Origin: a virus
Lineage: Duplodnaviria > Caudoviricetes
Strand: one strand, 5' to 3'
DNA: 64,000 nt
IMG/VR virus record: IMGVR_UViG_3300025437_000009
Below the pieces are notes generated by a model that saw only the letters and a program-made list of their open reading frames with translations, had not been told where the DNA came from and searched no databases. The position numbers were made by a program, and so were the translations under genes. Shown here one piece after another: positions 29,501-38,018 of the stretch (position 1 is its first letter; the number at the start of each line of letters is the position of its first letter).

Positions 29501-30733
29501 AGTTCTAGTAGCTTTAACAATGCCAACGATCGTATAATTGCATTCAATGGAAATGTTGATCTTGCTCTGACTCAGTGGGGGATAGAATATCCAGGAGTTA
29601 AGGTCGACGGCAACACATTTGTTGGAAATGTATTTGACACCACTATACAAAGTTTCTATGGTAATACCTTAGGTATTAATCCTTATGATATTAACATCGA
29701 CGGTGGTGCTTATATCAGCAACTTTAGTAGTCATGCACCAGAAGAATTGGTTCCTGGATACATGCGTGATAGTTTGGATCTAACAGTCTATGATACTGCT
29801 AATGTAGCATTTAGAGAATTTAATACAATCGCTGGCAATTTGCAGTTCTACAGAATTGCTAATGCCAATGTTACTACTCTAGCATCAAATCTACGCTTAA
29901 CAGACACAAGTATTTTAGTCGCTAACGCTGCAAACTTGCCCAAACCAAATCCAGCACTAAACACTCCGGGTTCTGTTATTATCAACGGCGAAAGAATTAC
30001 CTACTGGAGAAACTATGCGTTAGAAACTCCGGTTACTTGGACAGCTAATGCTAGTATTCCTGTTAATACTTTGATAACTCACACTAGCAACCTTTATCTA
30101 GTTACAGGAAACGTCTATAGCACTTCATTTGCAAATATTTCTGCCAATATCACACAGGTTGTTGCTAATACCCTGGCACAGATACGTCGTGGTGTGGATG
30201 GAACATATACTCCAGCAATCCAATTGGCCAATAGCCGCGTGGTAGATGCAAGTATACAACAAATGGTTCCGGGCAGCTACACAACTCCTGCAAATATTGG
30301 CTTATACAATAAAACCTATACTGTAACAGGAAATGTAAGTTACAAACTAAGAGTAAGTGCCAATATAACAGCTAACGTTGGTGATTACATTAACCAAGTC
30401 TTTGCTAACACCGCGGTAGCAGCAAATCTACGTGTTTTGGGAAATACTACAGGAAATACTGTACCAGTTATTTTTATTGCTGGCCATATCAGCACACTAG
30501 CTAATACCATTACTGTTAACGGTGTAACTGCTACAGGTGCAAACGTAGTAAGTGCATCTATTTTAGGTACAGTAAATTCAGCTGGTAATGTGACTATTGC
30601 GGCTAACACAGTCTTAGCAACCAGCAATATTTGGACTAGTGCTAATTCTAGTTTAGATTCAAGTACTACCGCACAAGCTACTTTCTTAAAAGCTAGCCTA
30701 AGCTACTATGCTATACCAGGAACGACCCCATGA
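20561..30733 (+). CDS. Giant (3390 aa) baseplate wedge/structural protein, gp7-like position
   Basis: Follows the gp6-like gene. Contains a WQPGTDYRQGDIVLYNNNYY carbohydrate-binding-like repeat, INEIKPYRT and APEELVPG blocks, and an Asn/Thr-rich C-terminus. Confidence 0.6.
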   Translation: MPLINTINFLPSPFRTTTNQRFLGATLDQLTIDAFNIPVNGYIGRTFAPTYKLGDNYVAETTSLRQNYQLEPSVVVKDANQNVVLNSTFQDFLQNISVAGGFANNQQRLFTSEYYNFDGHFDYDKFVNYNNYYWIPGGPDAVSVSAGSTPYLATYTVTRNTSVNGYTFSGLGPNPDIQITLARGGTYTFNVNQPGFNFWIQTKPGTSGVDPNISTVSTRQIFGVQNNGTDNGQIIFNVPKASAQDFYTEMPIAATVNAAVTFNYTDIQNQLLSTFLKNFPDGLDGVTNQLQNKTFIFINNQTDPAYWTTPAIPDAFTGVNTSPIAAGSVITGVALTNTWKINLVPSGNDYLIQVQPDSTVAVQQRVFVDSGKTYASTQFWLNTNYQYLAVPVVTAAADYLYYQDSANPDFVGQIKIVDNTTVPINITSDIIGQKYYTSPNGVVFTNGLKIQLDSLVVPASYANNQYYVEGVGTSIQLVPVAQLVVPESFGTEILTTADYITINRASQDRNAWSRTNSWFHVDVLNAVSKYNQTPVNYGPNIPGRRAIIEFEPNLQLFNFGRQAKANVDLITFDSTDAFVNIEGQESYTLDGTPLVKGMRVIFANDYDTTVSNEIWQVDFEVVDSVTGNPYLRLIPTSDDPVVTGENVLVTQGANSGKTYWFDGTNWHECQEKTALNQEPLFDLIDTNGYSFSDSTVYPSSTFTGTKIFGYAHGTGTNDSVLGFPLTYQNFNNVGDIVFNNFYDTGTFTYNNSGTVETVACDSGYIQKNIDLTATTKLTNWTTGVQPTEQYQVITKFFDGYVAEINGVNYAFVQIDVLPESSTNIPYVKVFLNNTLLNPNTDYQIVNYGIYYVVTLNTMPASGDKIDVAIFSSATSTFGYYEVPENLDFNPLNETFTTITLGQLRTHYNKLIENTSISATESIPHQDQYLKAQGGTILQQSSPLVYGMTFLSDPVVNYIKGITLARKEYQRFKNKFLSLCATLQGLDYNDPAAGVDAILSNINAVKNNTFPWYYSDMVPQGNNYTTTTYTVLNARQTAYEINSIFDVTKLSNRAVLVYLNGKQLVANHIDFYYDSVSPSVVILVPLKVGDVITIRDYSNTDGNYVPETPTKLGLYQEFIPSIYTDDTYVTTTQVILGHDGSITPAFGDFRDQYLLELEKRIYNTLKTDYNTLNVLNLYDTVPGRFRTTDYSLSEWNQLITKNFLQWVGSNSVDYTTNSTYNQGNPWTWNYSQFPDSVDGSYLQGSWRAVYKYWFDTDQPHLSPWEMLGFSQQPTWWSTRYGPAPYTNGNTTLWEDLETGYIWNGSNTTAYNDTRFARPGLSGTLTGTRGFIPVDSAGNLLDPTRIGIIGILNSSSAGNSWQVGEQGPVETAWRRSSDYPYAIQQALALARPAEYFSTQIDLSRFYKNSVTGQFSNSVNQKITPSLLTVNGDTVTKPGTVLRTAGYLNWISDYVKNLGIDPVAKIESYFSNFNVQLAYRVAGFTDQNLITVSAEQTSPGSTNASIIIPNENFNIYVGDPMPSSVVTYSGVVVTRTATGYSVAGYDTTYPFFTILPSIVNSKSSTVKSNNLTATIYQDGATTTMAIPYGTTFSTVQQVADFLVSYQRYLTKQGFVFDQFDSDLSMTRDWTLSVQEFLYWVQQNWSVGTVIVLNPVFDTLKFQANGSVVGEITNLPNDSRLLDTNFAPIKSNNFDILRQDTPFGNAFQINTLNGLTGIGFAQLNLIQFETTLIFDNVDNFGDIIYVPSQGTRQYRLKLSGAKTGLWDGSISATGYIYSNPQIKNWQPGTDYRQGDIVLYNNNYYTAPNDIVASQQFSLTSWTQISASDIQTGLLPSFGHNAQVFQNIYDVDNPPQDKNFQTFSAGLIGFRDRPFLGNLGLSIPTQTKFYQGYIKQKGTQNAITSLTKATFDNLKSTISTYEEWAFQVGQYGDITSNQYTEFVLDQSVFLTNPVAFTAYNSYNAGNIIVNLAVTGNTTTSNVYNASNIYSTTTSLYNNRNNVTYPADLPTCGYVNLADVTYQIFDITTVTTLPTLSAGNTIWVAKDANANWNVFRVNSTGLTATTLNYTLDNFAQVVFNTTHSFNIGDYIVLQNFNTAYDGLYQVAGIPTSTSVTVTLQNPSTLIGVGGAITGVGTVFVFQSVVLATSNTIGNNPPYGGWVSGDIVWVTNDLEPSATGWATYTYNGSSWSRTRQQQPSVDITSINRTFIYNKLNNVILAALDFVDPAKGKVLNAVGQDIDYQLTTDPAYYSAGTGETQTNFYWGPQQVGKIWWNVDQVRYINYEQDALIYRLNNWGATFPGSQILVCEWVESPVLPSQYVATVGDGVPLYPDDTAYSTYGSVGPSGNVTVTYYFWVVNKTSINTSAGKSNSAYNIAIAIKNPQAQGIPYATVLRDDTIALYNINQYLVGQNSVLHIDSKNIASMGLIHSEYSLVQEGNPISQIPSVIERKLVDSLAGQDSAGNPVPDPALTPAQAYGIQIRPRQSMFIDQTLARSNYITYVNDVLIAYPVIENKLLTTLNSQENPPGPNAGAYSLTVDTYSELSYIDTGLITTGYAVLVNTDTNNHNKWAIYTWNTPTTGKWNLSRVQRYKTNHYWNYADWYETGYDYTVAPDVTVSNLLDYGKLTLVAGQYIKVLNNGNDQFVVYYVNSDLTTTLVGIQNGTIQFSTGTIPALEMRELALAIQNDIFINDLASNYNQLFFTMVKYALTEQKNLDWVFKTSFLSAKQYIRALAQFPSYIADNQQYYLDYINEIKPYRTTVRQFVVDYQGNDQYSGDMSDFDLPPYWDANLSVYRSPSGEQSYDTALLSTTDSVYSSWYNNYKSQVVAIVVETPGTGYISPPQISIVGGDGTVANAAVAYATLNGSGGIGEIIVTAAGNNYTTTPTVVINGTGTGASAYAVLRNVYDGNQQGHNVVRTINTTIKFDRVNYTAPNTFVFWSNITSANVGQTIPANTIIVNNGLLYLVGNTVTIDANVDFPFANVSTISSSSFNNANDRIIAFNGNVDLALTQWGIEYPGVKVDGNTFVGNVFDTTIQSFYGNTLGINPYDINIDGGAYISNFSSHAPEELVPGYMRDSLDLTVYDTANVAFREFNTIAGNLQFYRIANANVTTLASNLRLTDTSILVANAANLPKPNPALNTPGSVIINGERITYWRNYALETPVTWTANASIPVNTLITHTSNLYLVTGNVYSTSFANISANITQVVANTLAQIRRGVDGTYTPAIQLANSRVVDASIQQMVPGSYTTPANIGLYNKTYTVTGNVSYKLRVSANITANVGDYINQVFANTAVAANLRVLGNTTGNTVPVIFIAGHISTLANTITVNGVTATGANVVSASILGTVNSAGNVTIAANTVLATSNIWTSANSSLDSSTTAQATFLKASLSYYAIPGTTP

Positions 30734-30739
30734 TAAATA
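30732..30739 (+). promoter_or_regulatory. Late promoter GATAAATA
   Basis: Overlaps the apparent ATG at 30730, which suggests the true start is GTG 30772 after a GAGG SD. Confidence 0.55.
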
Positions 30740-30771
30740 CAGATAACAAACAAAATTTAGAGGAAAAAGCA

Positions 30772-31416
30772 GTGGAAAAAACAACAAAACGTCCAGATGA
30801 AAATACTGGAATTTATGTACGTGGACACATCAAAATTTTTGATCCTGAGACTAAGGAAGTCTTTATTGACAAGCCTAATGCAATCCACTATGAAAACATG
30901 AGTCAGGCGTTGGCTTGGTCAATTGCCAACAAGGGCGAAAATTTTATTTACGAAATGGATTTTGGTAACGGTGGTACTTCAGTAGACCCCACGGGTATTA
31001 TCACATATCTGCCTACAAATACAGTAGGTCAAAATGCTAATCTCTATAATCCAACATACAGTAAAATTGTTGATAATACTAGTGCTGCAAATCCAAATCC
31101 TGCTAATAACAACATGACTGTGACACATATTCCTGGTACAGTTTATACAGACATTTTAGTCAGTTGTTTGTTAGACTACGGTGAGCCCAACGGACAGTTA
31201 AATTTTGACAACAGCCAAAACTTAAACGGCGAGTTTGTATTTGATGAGTTGGGTCTACGTGGCCGCTCAACAGATGGCACCTCAGGATTAACTTCAACAG
31301 GTTTACTACTAACACACGTGGTGTTTATGCCTGTACAAAAATCACTGAATCGATTAATTCAAATTGACTATACTGTTCGAATTCAAACACTAACAAATTT
31401 AAGCAGTCAGGTATAA
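30772..31416 (+). CDS. Virion structural protein (baseplate/fibre junction region)
   Basis: GHIKIFDP...NAIHYEN...FDELGL...LLLTHVVF.PVQKSLNRLIQIDYTVRIQ; ORF track start at 30730 is probably overextended. Confidence 0.5.
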   Translation: MEKTTKRPDENTGIYVRGHIKIFDPETKEVFIDKPNAIHYENMSQALAWSIANKGENFIYEMDFGNGGTSVDPTGIITYLPTNTVGQNANLYNPTYSKIVDNTSAANPNPANNNMTVTHIPGTVYTDILVSCLLDYGEPNGQLNFDNSQNLNGEFVFDELGLRGRSTDGTSGLTSTGLLLTHVVFMPVQKSLNRLIQIDYTVRIQTLTNLSSQV

Positions 31417-31420
31417 TATC

Positions 31421-32989
31421 ATGAGTTACATTATTAACTTAACAAACGGAAACGTTTTAACACAAGTACAAGATGGTACCACTAATACCAATACTGGTAT
31501 AACCTTAATTGGTCGTAATTACACTAACTACGGTCAAACACAAAACGATAACTTTGTTAGGTTATTAGAAAACTTTGCTGACGCAAATCCGCCAACAATC
31601 AGTTCGCTAGCATATACTCCGCTGGTTGGAACTCTATGGTACGATAGTGTTAATCAAATAATCAAAGTTTATGATGGATCAAATTGGTATCCAGTGAGTC
31701 AGCGCATTAACGCTAGCTCTGCTCCGGTAGCTGACAATGTTGGCGACCAATGGTATGATACGGTTAATCAACAGACTAAACAATGGAATGGTACAAACTG
31801 GCAACTAATTGGACCAGCATATTCAGTAAGTCAAGGACTTAGCGGAATTCAAATTGAGTCCCTAACTGATAGCTTCCCCACAACACACGCAGTATCGAGT
31901 GAGTACGCACAGGGTCAGCTGGTATCTATCACGAGTAGTGGCGCATTCACGTTACCCAATCAATACCACGGCTTTACTACAATCACCGCCGGATTAAACG
32001 TTGCTAACAATGTTGTAATAAATCAATCATTGACAACCAATGGTACTTCAACATTCAATAGTCCTGCTACAGTAAATGCACAGTTAAATTCGCAGTCTAT
32101 TGTTCCAAATACTACCGGCGTATATAATTTAGGTTCTGGAACAAAAACATATAATGATATAAATTTAAGTGGAAATATTGCATTTGCTTATGCAAACATT
32201 CACTTTACCAGCAACAATAATTTAATTTTACATAATCGTGCATATTTGGGCAACGTTGATATCTATGTAAATTCAACAGTTGGTAATGTTAAGGCATTAG
32301 AAGTCAGTGGATCATCGGGGTTAATTACCGTATTAAATGATCCAACAACTCCATATCAAATAGCTACAAAAAATTATGTTGATAACAATATTGCCAATGT
32401 TAATACAATAATTACTTCTGTTAATTCATCATTGACATCTGGAATTAATCAATTACGTACTGATACTGGTAATTACATGACGGCTAACGTAGCCAATATC
32501 AATGCCAATGCTGTTATTTTCCAAACAAGTACCAATGCCAATATCACAGCTGCTAACTTGGCTATTTCTGCATTAGTATCAAACACAGGAGTTTTGGCAA
32601 ACAGTATACAGATCAACAATGCGAACGAACTTGCATTGGCCAATGCTATTGTAACAGCCAATACCGGTGTAGTTAGTTATGTTAATACCTTAAATGCTAG
32701 ACAAACTTCTAATTTAAATACGGTAAACACTAACTTGACCAATAGTATTGCTCTTTTGGCAACTAGTACTGCGGCTAATCTAGCAACTGCTGTAGCACCA
32801 TTGGCTACTATTGCAAGTCCAACATTTACCGGTACACCAAAAGCGCCCACCCCAACAGCGGGAGATAACAGCACACGGATAGCGACCACAGCATTTGTGG
32901 AAACAGCGATAGCTAACCAAGTTACTTATACTGTATCAAGTAATCCACCATCCGGTACCCCAACATATAGTTTCTGGTTCCAGGTATAA
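31421..32989 (+). CDS. Tail fibre protein 1
   Basis: Shared N-terminal anchor (LIGRNY..YG...NFVRLLENFA...GTLWYD), coiled-coil middle, fibre repeat PTFTGTPKAPTP..GDNSTRIATTAFV. Confidence 0.7.
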   Translation: MSYIINLTNGNVLTQVQDGTTNTNTGITLIGRNYTNYGQTQNDNFVRLLENFADANPPTISSLAYTPLVGTLWYDSVNQIIKVYDGSNWYPVSQRINASSAPVADNVGDQWYDTVNQQTKQWNGTNWQLIGPAYSVSQGLSGIQIESLTDSFPTTHAVSSEYAQGQLVSITSSGAFTLPNQYHGFTTITAGLNVANNVVINQSLTTNGTSTFNSPATVNAQLNSQSIVPNTTGVYNLGSGTKTYNDINLSGNIAFAYANIHFTSNNNLILHNRAYLGNVDIYVNSTVGNVKALEVSGSSGLITVLNDPTTPYQIATKNYVDNNIANVNTIITSVNSSLTSGINQLRTDTGNYMTANVANINANAVIFQTSTNANITAANLAISALVSNTGVLANSIQINNANELALANAIVTANTGVVSYVNTLNARQTSNLNTVNTNLTNSIALLATSTAANLATAVAPLATIASPTFTGTPKAPTPTAGDNSTRIATTAFVETAIANQVTYTVSSNPPSGTPTYSFWFQV

Positions 32990-32991
32990 TA

Positions 32992-34386
32992 ATGTCACGT
33001 CAACCCTATGTGAATAATAACAACACATGGAGTCCGGTAAAAGGACTGTGGGTTGATAACGGCGGTACATGGACACAAGCCAAAGGCATGTGGGAAAATC
33101 AAAATGGCGTTTGGGTACGTGTTTGGCCACCTGATCCTGTTACTGCACAGATTCTAGTAGTGGGTGGAGGCGGTGGCGGAGGCGGCCCATCCGGATACGA
33201 AGGTGGCGGCGGAGGAGGAGCTGGCGGAGTAGTCTATAGCTCGAGCACAGTCATCTCAGCAATTAATACTACATATACTGTGGTAGTTGGCGCAGGTGGT
33301 GCACAAGATAACAATGGTGGCAATTCTAGTTTTGGATCTGCTAGCTTAGTAGTTGACACCGTAGATCAAACAATATATGAAGCACCTTATCCGGTATATA
33401 CTGGATTTTTAAATCAGTACGGAGTATGGAATTCTAATCCACCATCAGGTGCTCCTGCTGGAACAATTACATTAAATTATACAACTTATTTGGCAAATGG
33501 TGGGACATACACACTAATAACCAGTGCAGATAATCACACTAACAGTATTAGCTTCAACGGCGGATCATCTGTCCTGAGTGAAGATCAATGGTGGAATACA
33601 GCATCCACTACAGTATCACTTCCACCAGGAACAAACACTATAACCATCACAGCAACAAATGATGAGGGTCCTGCAAGCGTAGCAGCAGCTCTAATTGATT
33701 CTAGTGGCAATGTTGTTTGGAACACCCGCAGTCCCTTAAACGGTCAAACACACATAGCAGGACTATTAGCTTTGGGTGGTGGCCATGGCGGATACGGCCC
33801 TACACAAAATGGCCCGGGAGCAAATGGCGGATCTGGCGGAGGAGGCTCAGGATACGTTCAATCAGCCTCAGGTGGGCAAGGATATCCTGGTCAAGGAAAC
33901 CCGGGCGGTGTGGGTGTCTGGCAAGGTTACGGACAAGCTGGCGGCGGCGGCGGGGGAGGATATCTTACCGCAGGCAACGGTTCTAACGGTAACCAAGGCG
34001 GTGATGGTGGTGATGGTGCAATATTTACAGTTGTTGGTCAATCTTACTCAGTAGGCGGTGGGGGCGGTGGCGGCTACGGAAATCAAAGTTCTGGCGGTAC
34101 AGGTCCTGGCGGTCAAGGTGGATTTGGCGGTGGCGGCTCAGGTAATGGCGGTAATGGAGTAAATGGCACTGGGGGTGGTGGCGGTGGCGACGAACACTCG
34201 GGCATCGTACCTGGCGGACAGGGCGGATCGGGTGGAGTTTATGTTGGTTATGTAAGCCCAACTGGACAACCATTATTTCAAGGCGGGGACAGCATAAACA
34301 TTGTAACAAATGCAGATTTCTCTGCGAATATCGTACACATTTTCCAAACTCCGGGTACATATTCATTGGTTGGACTCAATACATAA
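32992..34386 (+). CDS. Glycine-rich virion protein with an inserted beta-sandwich (PA14/lectin-like) domain
   Basis: ILVVGGGGGGG...GGGGGAGGVV and many GGGGG tracts flanking a YTLITSADN...TVSLPPGTNTITITATN segment. Confidence 0.55.
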   Translation: MSRQPYVNNNNTWSPVKGLWVDNGGTWTQAKGMWENQNGVWVRVWPPDPVTAQILVVGGGGGGGGPSGYEGGGGGGAGGVVYSSSTVISAINTTYTVVVGAGGAQDNNGGNSSFGSASLVVDTVDQTIYEAPYPVYTGFLNQYGVWNSNPPSGAPAGTITLNYTTYLANGGTYTLITSADNHTNSISFNGGSSVLSEDQWWNTASTTVSLPPGTNTITITATNDEGPASVAAALIDSSGNVVWNTRSPLNGQTHIAGLLALGGGHGGYGPTQNGPGANGGSGGGGSGYVQSASGGQGYPGQGNPGGVGVWQGYGQAGGGGGGGYLTAGNGSNGNQGGDGGDGAIFTVVGQSYSVGGGGGGGYGNQSSGGTGPGGQGGFGGGGSGNGGNGVNGTGGGGGGDEHSGIVPGGQGGSGGVYVGYVSPTGQPLFQGGDSINIVTNADFSANIVHIFQTPGTYSLVGLNT

Positions 34387-34396
34387 CTGAATTAGC

Positions 34397-34404
34397 GATA
34401 AATA
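34397..34404 (+). promoter_or_regulatory. Late promoter GATAAATA
   Basis: 19 nt upstream of ATG 34424. Confidence 0.6.
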
Positions 34405-34423
34405 AGTAAAAGCGATAGATAAA

Positions 34424-36094
34424 ATGTCATATACAATAACAACAAGCGACGGATCCGTACAAATTACCATACCAGATGGTGGTTTTAATTCTACCACTAG
34501 TCTTATTTTACCAGGACCTAATGCCACTGGTTACGGACAATATCTAGATCAAAATTTGCTACAATTATTAGAAAGTTTTGCTAGTAATTCTGCACCGTCA
34601 GGAACAAATCTTCAAGGTCAGCTTTGGTTTAACAAGGGTGATCAAACTCTAAACGTATTCACAACAGAAGGATATTTGCCAGTTAATGGACTTATCGTTT
34701 CTGCTTCCCAGCCAGTTAATGCAGTTTCTGGAAATACTTGGTTCAGCACAACAACTAATCAATACTATTTTTATGATGGTACTACATGGTTATTAATTGG
34801 CCCAATCTATACCAAAGCACAGGGAGTTAGCGGTGCAATTCCTGTTACAGTCAACGATGCAGTAGCAGTTGGGCAAACACACAATATTTTAAAACTACAG
34901 TTCGGCAACGTTACTCTAGCCACACTCAGCAGTGATGGCGCTTTTACTCCATCCCCGGCTATTACTGGTTTCCCAACGGTCTATTCTGGACTGACTATTA
35001 ATAATAGTTTGTTTAATGGCCCTGGACAATTTTACACAAATTCTAATACCGCTGCTTATTTGCCAACTGACCCAACAATCATAGGTATTAATGCAAACGT
35101 GTCAGCACTGGCAGTGGCAACACAGGCTAACTTGTCATTGGTCAATACTTCAATCATAGCTGCCAACGCTAATATAAAAATTTATACTGATGCTCAGATT
35201 AGCACAGTTAACACTAATTTAGTTAATAACGTTGCTGCAATAAACTCTAACGTTTCAACACTAGCGTCAACAACTCAAACCAGTTTAACTAACATTAATT
35301 CAAATGTACAATTATTGACCACAGCATTGGCATCAAATGTATCGGCTATTAATTCCAATGTTGCTAACGTTTCTGTGGCGTGGCAAGCTAACGCAGCCAG
35401 TCAACAGACACAAATTGCTAATTTGACTGCCAACGTTTATAACAACAGCAACGTAGCCGCATACTTACCAACAAACTCAGGTGTAATAGGTGCCGCTACC
35501 CTACCATACAATACCAGCAACACAGCAGTAGCAACTACAGCATTTGTACAAAGTGTACTACCACGTGGTATGATTATTATGTGGGGAGGTATAACATCAT
35601 CAATTCCTTCCGGTTGGCAACTATGTGACGGATCTAACGGAACTCCAGATTTACGTGGTCAATTCATCATTGGTGCAGGTGGATCATACACAGTTGGCAA
35701 TACTGGCGGAGCTACTAGTGCTGGGATTACTATAACTAATCTTAATTTACCCGCACACTCACATACCTATAGCGGTACAGTTACAACTACCGGTACTACA
35801 AATACAGGCACCGCAGCAATAAATGATCCTGGACATCGACATCCAATATATACTCCTGGCGGTCAAGGATCAGTAAACTCAGGTAACGATTTAGTTGGAG
35901 ATAGCGGATATCAAACAACACAACGCTATACTGGAACTGTAACAACAGGTATTACAGACTCGGGCCATGCACATACATTCAGTGGTAGTGGATCATATTC
36001 TGGTACAACTGCTAATACAGGTGTTGGTAATCCTATTACAGTTAGTACTTTACCACCATTCTATGCCCTATGTTACATACAAAAAATGTACTAA
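34424..36094 (+). CDS. Tail fibre protein 2 with tail-collar domain
   Basis: Shared N-terminal anchor; LPRGMIIMWGG...PSGWQLCDGSNGTPDLRGQFIIGAG collar motif; C-terminal PPFYALCYIQK. Confidence 0.8.
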   Translation: MSYTITTSDGSVQITIPDGGFNSTTSLILPGPNATGYGQYLDQNLLQLLESFASNSAPSGTNLQGQLWFNKGDQTLNVFTTEGYLPVNGLIVSASQPVNAVSGNTWFSTTTNQYYFYDGTTWLLIGPIYTKAQGVSGAIPVTVNDAVAVGQTHNILKLQFGNVTLATLSSDGAFTPSPAITGFPTVYSGLTINNSLFNGPGQFYTNSNTAAYLPTDPTIIGINANVSALAVATQANLSLVNTSIIAANANIKIYTDAQISTVNTNLVNNVAAINSNVSTLASTTQTSLTNINSNVQLLTTALASNVSAINSNVANVSVAWQANAASQQTQIANLTANVYNNSNVAAYLPTNSGVIGAATLPYNTSNTAVATTAFVQSVLPRGMIIMWGGITSSIPSGWQLCDGSNGTPDLRGQFIIGAGGSYTVGNTGGATSAGITITNLNLPAHSHTYSGTVTTTGTTNTGTAAINDPGHRHPIYTPGGQGSVNSGNDLVGDSGYQTTQRYTGTVTTGITDSGHAHTFSGSGSYSGTTANTGVGNPITVSTLPPFYALCYIQKMY

Positions 36095-36097
36095 ATA
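36091..36097 (+). promoter_or_regulatory. Late promoter variant CTAAATA
   Basis: Overlaps the stop of 34424..36094; AAGGA SD before GTG 36121. Confidence 0.45.
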
Positions 36098-36120
36098 TAA
36101 CAGTATTCAAAGGATAAAGC

Positions 36121-37986
36121 GTGTCTTATACAATTAACTTAACTAACGGATCATTATTATCAACTGTTTCTGATGGAACAATTGATATTACCAGTTCCAG
36201 TTTAACCTTAATTGGTAGAGACTATTCCGGCTACGGAGCTTTTTTAAACGAAAACTTTGTTAAAATGTTAGAGAATTTCTCTAATACATCAAGTCCACCC
36301 AGTCCCTTAAAAGGACAACTATGGTGGGATTCTACCAACAACGTCCTGCGTGTTTGGTCTGGTACAAGTTGGAAAATTTCAACCGGTGCAACATCGTCGG
36401 GTACAGCACCAACTGACCTAAGTGCCCTCGGTGGCGACTTATGGTTTGATACTATTAATCAACAGCTAAAAGTATATACTGGTACAGGATTCCTTGTAGT
36501 TGGTCCTCCGAGTACACCTGCTACGGGCAACACAGGAACATTCCCAGTTCTAATGACTGATACCAGTTCTGGTACACACGTAGTAATACAGTTTATCATT
36601 GCTGGTACCATTTACGCAGTATTTTCTAAAGATACATTTTCTACTACACTACCTGGGTTCACTAATATTGTACCAGGTCTTAATTTTAATTTATCTGTTG
36701 CCCAAACACTGGGATTGAATACTCAAAGTGCTAGCGCCTTACCTAGCACACTGGTATTGAGAGACAGCGCATCTGGAATTACTGGCGCGGCAATTAACGG
36801 TACAGTTGTTACAGCATCAACAGTTAATGCTGGATCACTCAACGGTACATTCAATGGAACTTTAAACGGAAACGTTTCAGCAACCACAGTCAGCGCAACA
36901 ACAATGACGTCCCAGGTATTTACAGCACTATCTGGATTTACTGGAACACTACTAACACCTAGTCAGACTAACATAACTGGACTAGGTAATATTACTAATT
37001 TAAATACTAACGGTACCACAACACTATCAGGTACTACTAACATAAATGGATCAGGCTACTACAACGGATCGCCTATTGCAACAATTGGTGGATCTGCATC
37101 GTTCTCGTCTATTAATAATACACCAATTGGCAATATTACACCAAGTACTGGTGCATTTACTACACTGGCAGGTACACTAACTACCGCGGTACAACCAAAT
37201 TTAACAACAGCACTGACTTTAGCTAATATCGGTACTGTTACAGCAGGAACATGGCATGCCAACGTTATTTCACCAACTTATGGTGGTACTGGCGTCAACA
37301 ATGGTTCTAACACACTGACCCTATCTGGTAGCTACACATTAAATCAAAGTGTTGCTAGCGGAGCAGCACCAACCCTAACCGGTACAAATTTTAGCAGTAT
37401 TCCAAACGGTGCATTAACTAACAACTCTATTACAGTTACAGCAGGTACAGGTTTAACTGGTGGCGGAACAGTCGCTCTAGGCGGTAGTGTAACTGTTAGT
37501 TTAGCCGGTTCCGGCGCAGTTACTAGTTTATCAGCTGGTACAGGAGTTTCCCTATCGGGATCAACTGGTGCTGTTACAGTTAGCATTGGACAAGCAGTTG
37601 GCACAGGTAATAGTCCAACTTTTGCTGGCCTAACAGTAAACGGATCAATAAACGCTACGGGCGATATTACATCCAATTATTCGGACGATCGATTAAAAAC
37701 ACGAGTCAGTAAGATTGACAATGCCCTGGATAAGGTGTTATCATTGACAGGATTCATATACGAACCAAACGAGATAGCACAAGGTTTGGGTTATGAAGTA
37801 CGTAGAGATGTTGGTATTAGTGCTCAAGATGCTAAACGTATTTTACCAGAACTTACTGCGCCGGCCCCGATTGATCCACAATACTTAACTGTTAAGTATG
37901 ATCGACTATCTGCACTATTGGTCGAAGCTATTAAAGAATTAAAAGGTCAAATTGACGACATAAAATCAATTTTAGCAACAAAATAA
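36121..37986 (+). CDS. Tail fibre protein 3 with C-terminal intramolecular chaperone (Peptidase S74)
   Basis: Shared N-terminal anchor; YSDDRLKT...ALDKVLSLTG...VGISAQ...YDRLSALLVEAIKEL. Confidence 0.8.
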   Translation: MSYTINLTNGSLLSTVSDGTIDITSSSLTLIGRDYSGYGAFLNENFVKMLENFSNTSSPPSPLKGQLWWDSTNNVLRVWSGTSWKISTGATSSGTAPTDLSALGGDLWFDTINQQLKVYTGTGFLVVGPPSTPATGNTGTFPVLMTDTSSGTHVVIQFIIAGTIYAVFSKDTFSTTLPGFTNIVPGLNFNLSVAQTLGLNTQSASALPSTLVLRDSASGITGAAINGTVVTASTVNAGSLNGTFNGTLNGNVSATTVSATTMTSQVFTALSGFTGTLLTPSQTNITGLGNITNLNTNGTTTLSGTTNINGSGYYNGSPIATIGGSASFSSINNTPIGNITPSTGAFTTLAGTLTTAVQPNLTTALTLANIGTVTAGTWHANVISPTYGGTGVNNGSNTLTLSGSYTLNQSVASGAAPTLTGTNFSSIPNGALTNNSITVTAGTGLTGGGTVALGGSVTVSLAGSGAVTSLSAGTGVSLSGSTGAVTVSIGQAVGTGNSPTFAGLTVNGSINATGDITSNYSDDRLKTRVSKIDNALDKVLSLTGFIYEPNEIAQGLGYEVRRDVGISAQDAKRILPELTAPAPIDPQYLTVKYDRLSALLVEAIKELKGQIDDIKSILATK

Positions 37987-37989
37987 GTA

Positions 37990-37997
37990 AATAAATA
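37990..37997 (+). promoter_or_regulatory. Late promoter AATAAATA
   Basis: 21 nt upstream of ATG 38019; CAGGA SD-like sequence. Confidence 0.55.
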
Positions 37998-38018
37998 TAT
38001 TCACAGGAATAGAAAAAT

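Noticed and set aside
30730-30771. MINT... start of the 228-aa ORF
   Set aside because: The ATG is part of the ATGATAAATA late promoter motif; GTG 30772 has an SD-like GAGG.
33160-34200. GGC/GGT-rich tracts as microsatellites
   Set aside because: They encode poly-Gly with mixed synonymous codons in a known type of glycine-rich virion protein.
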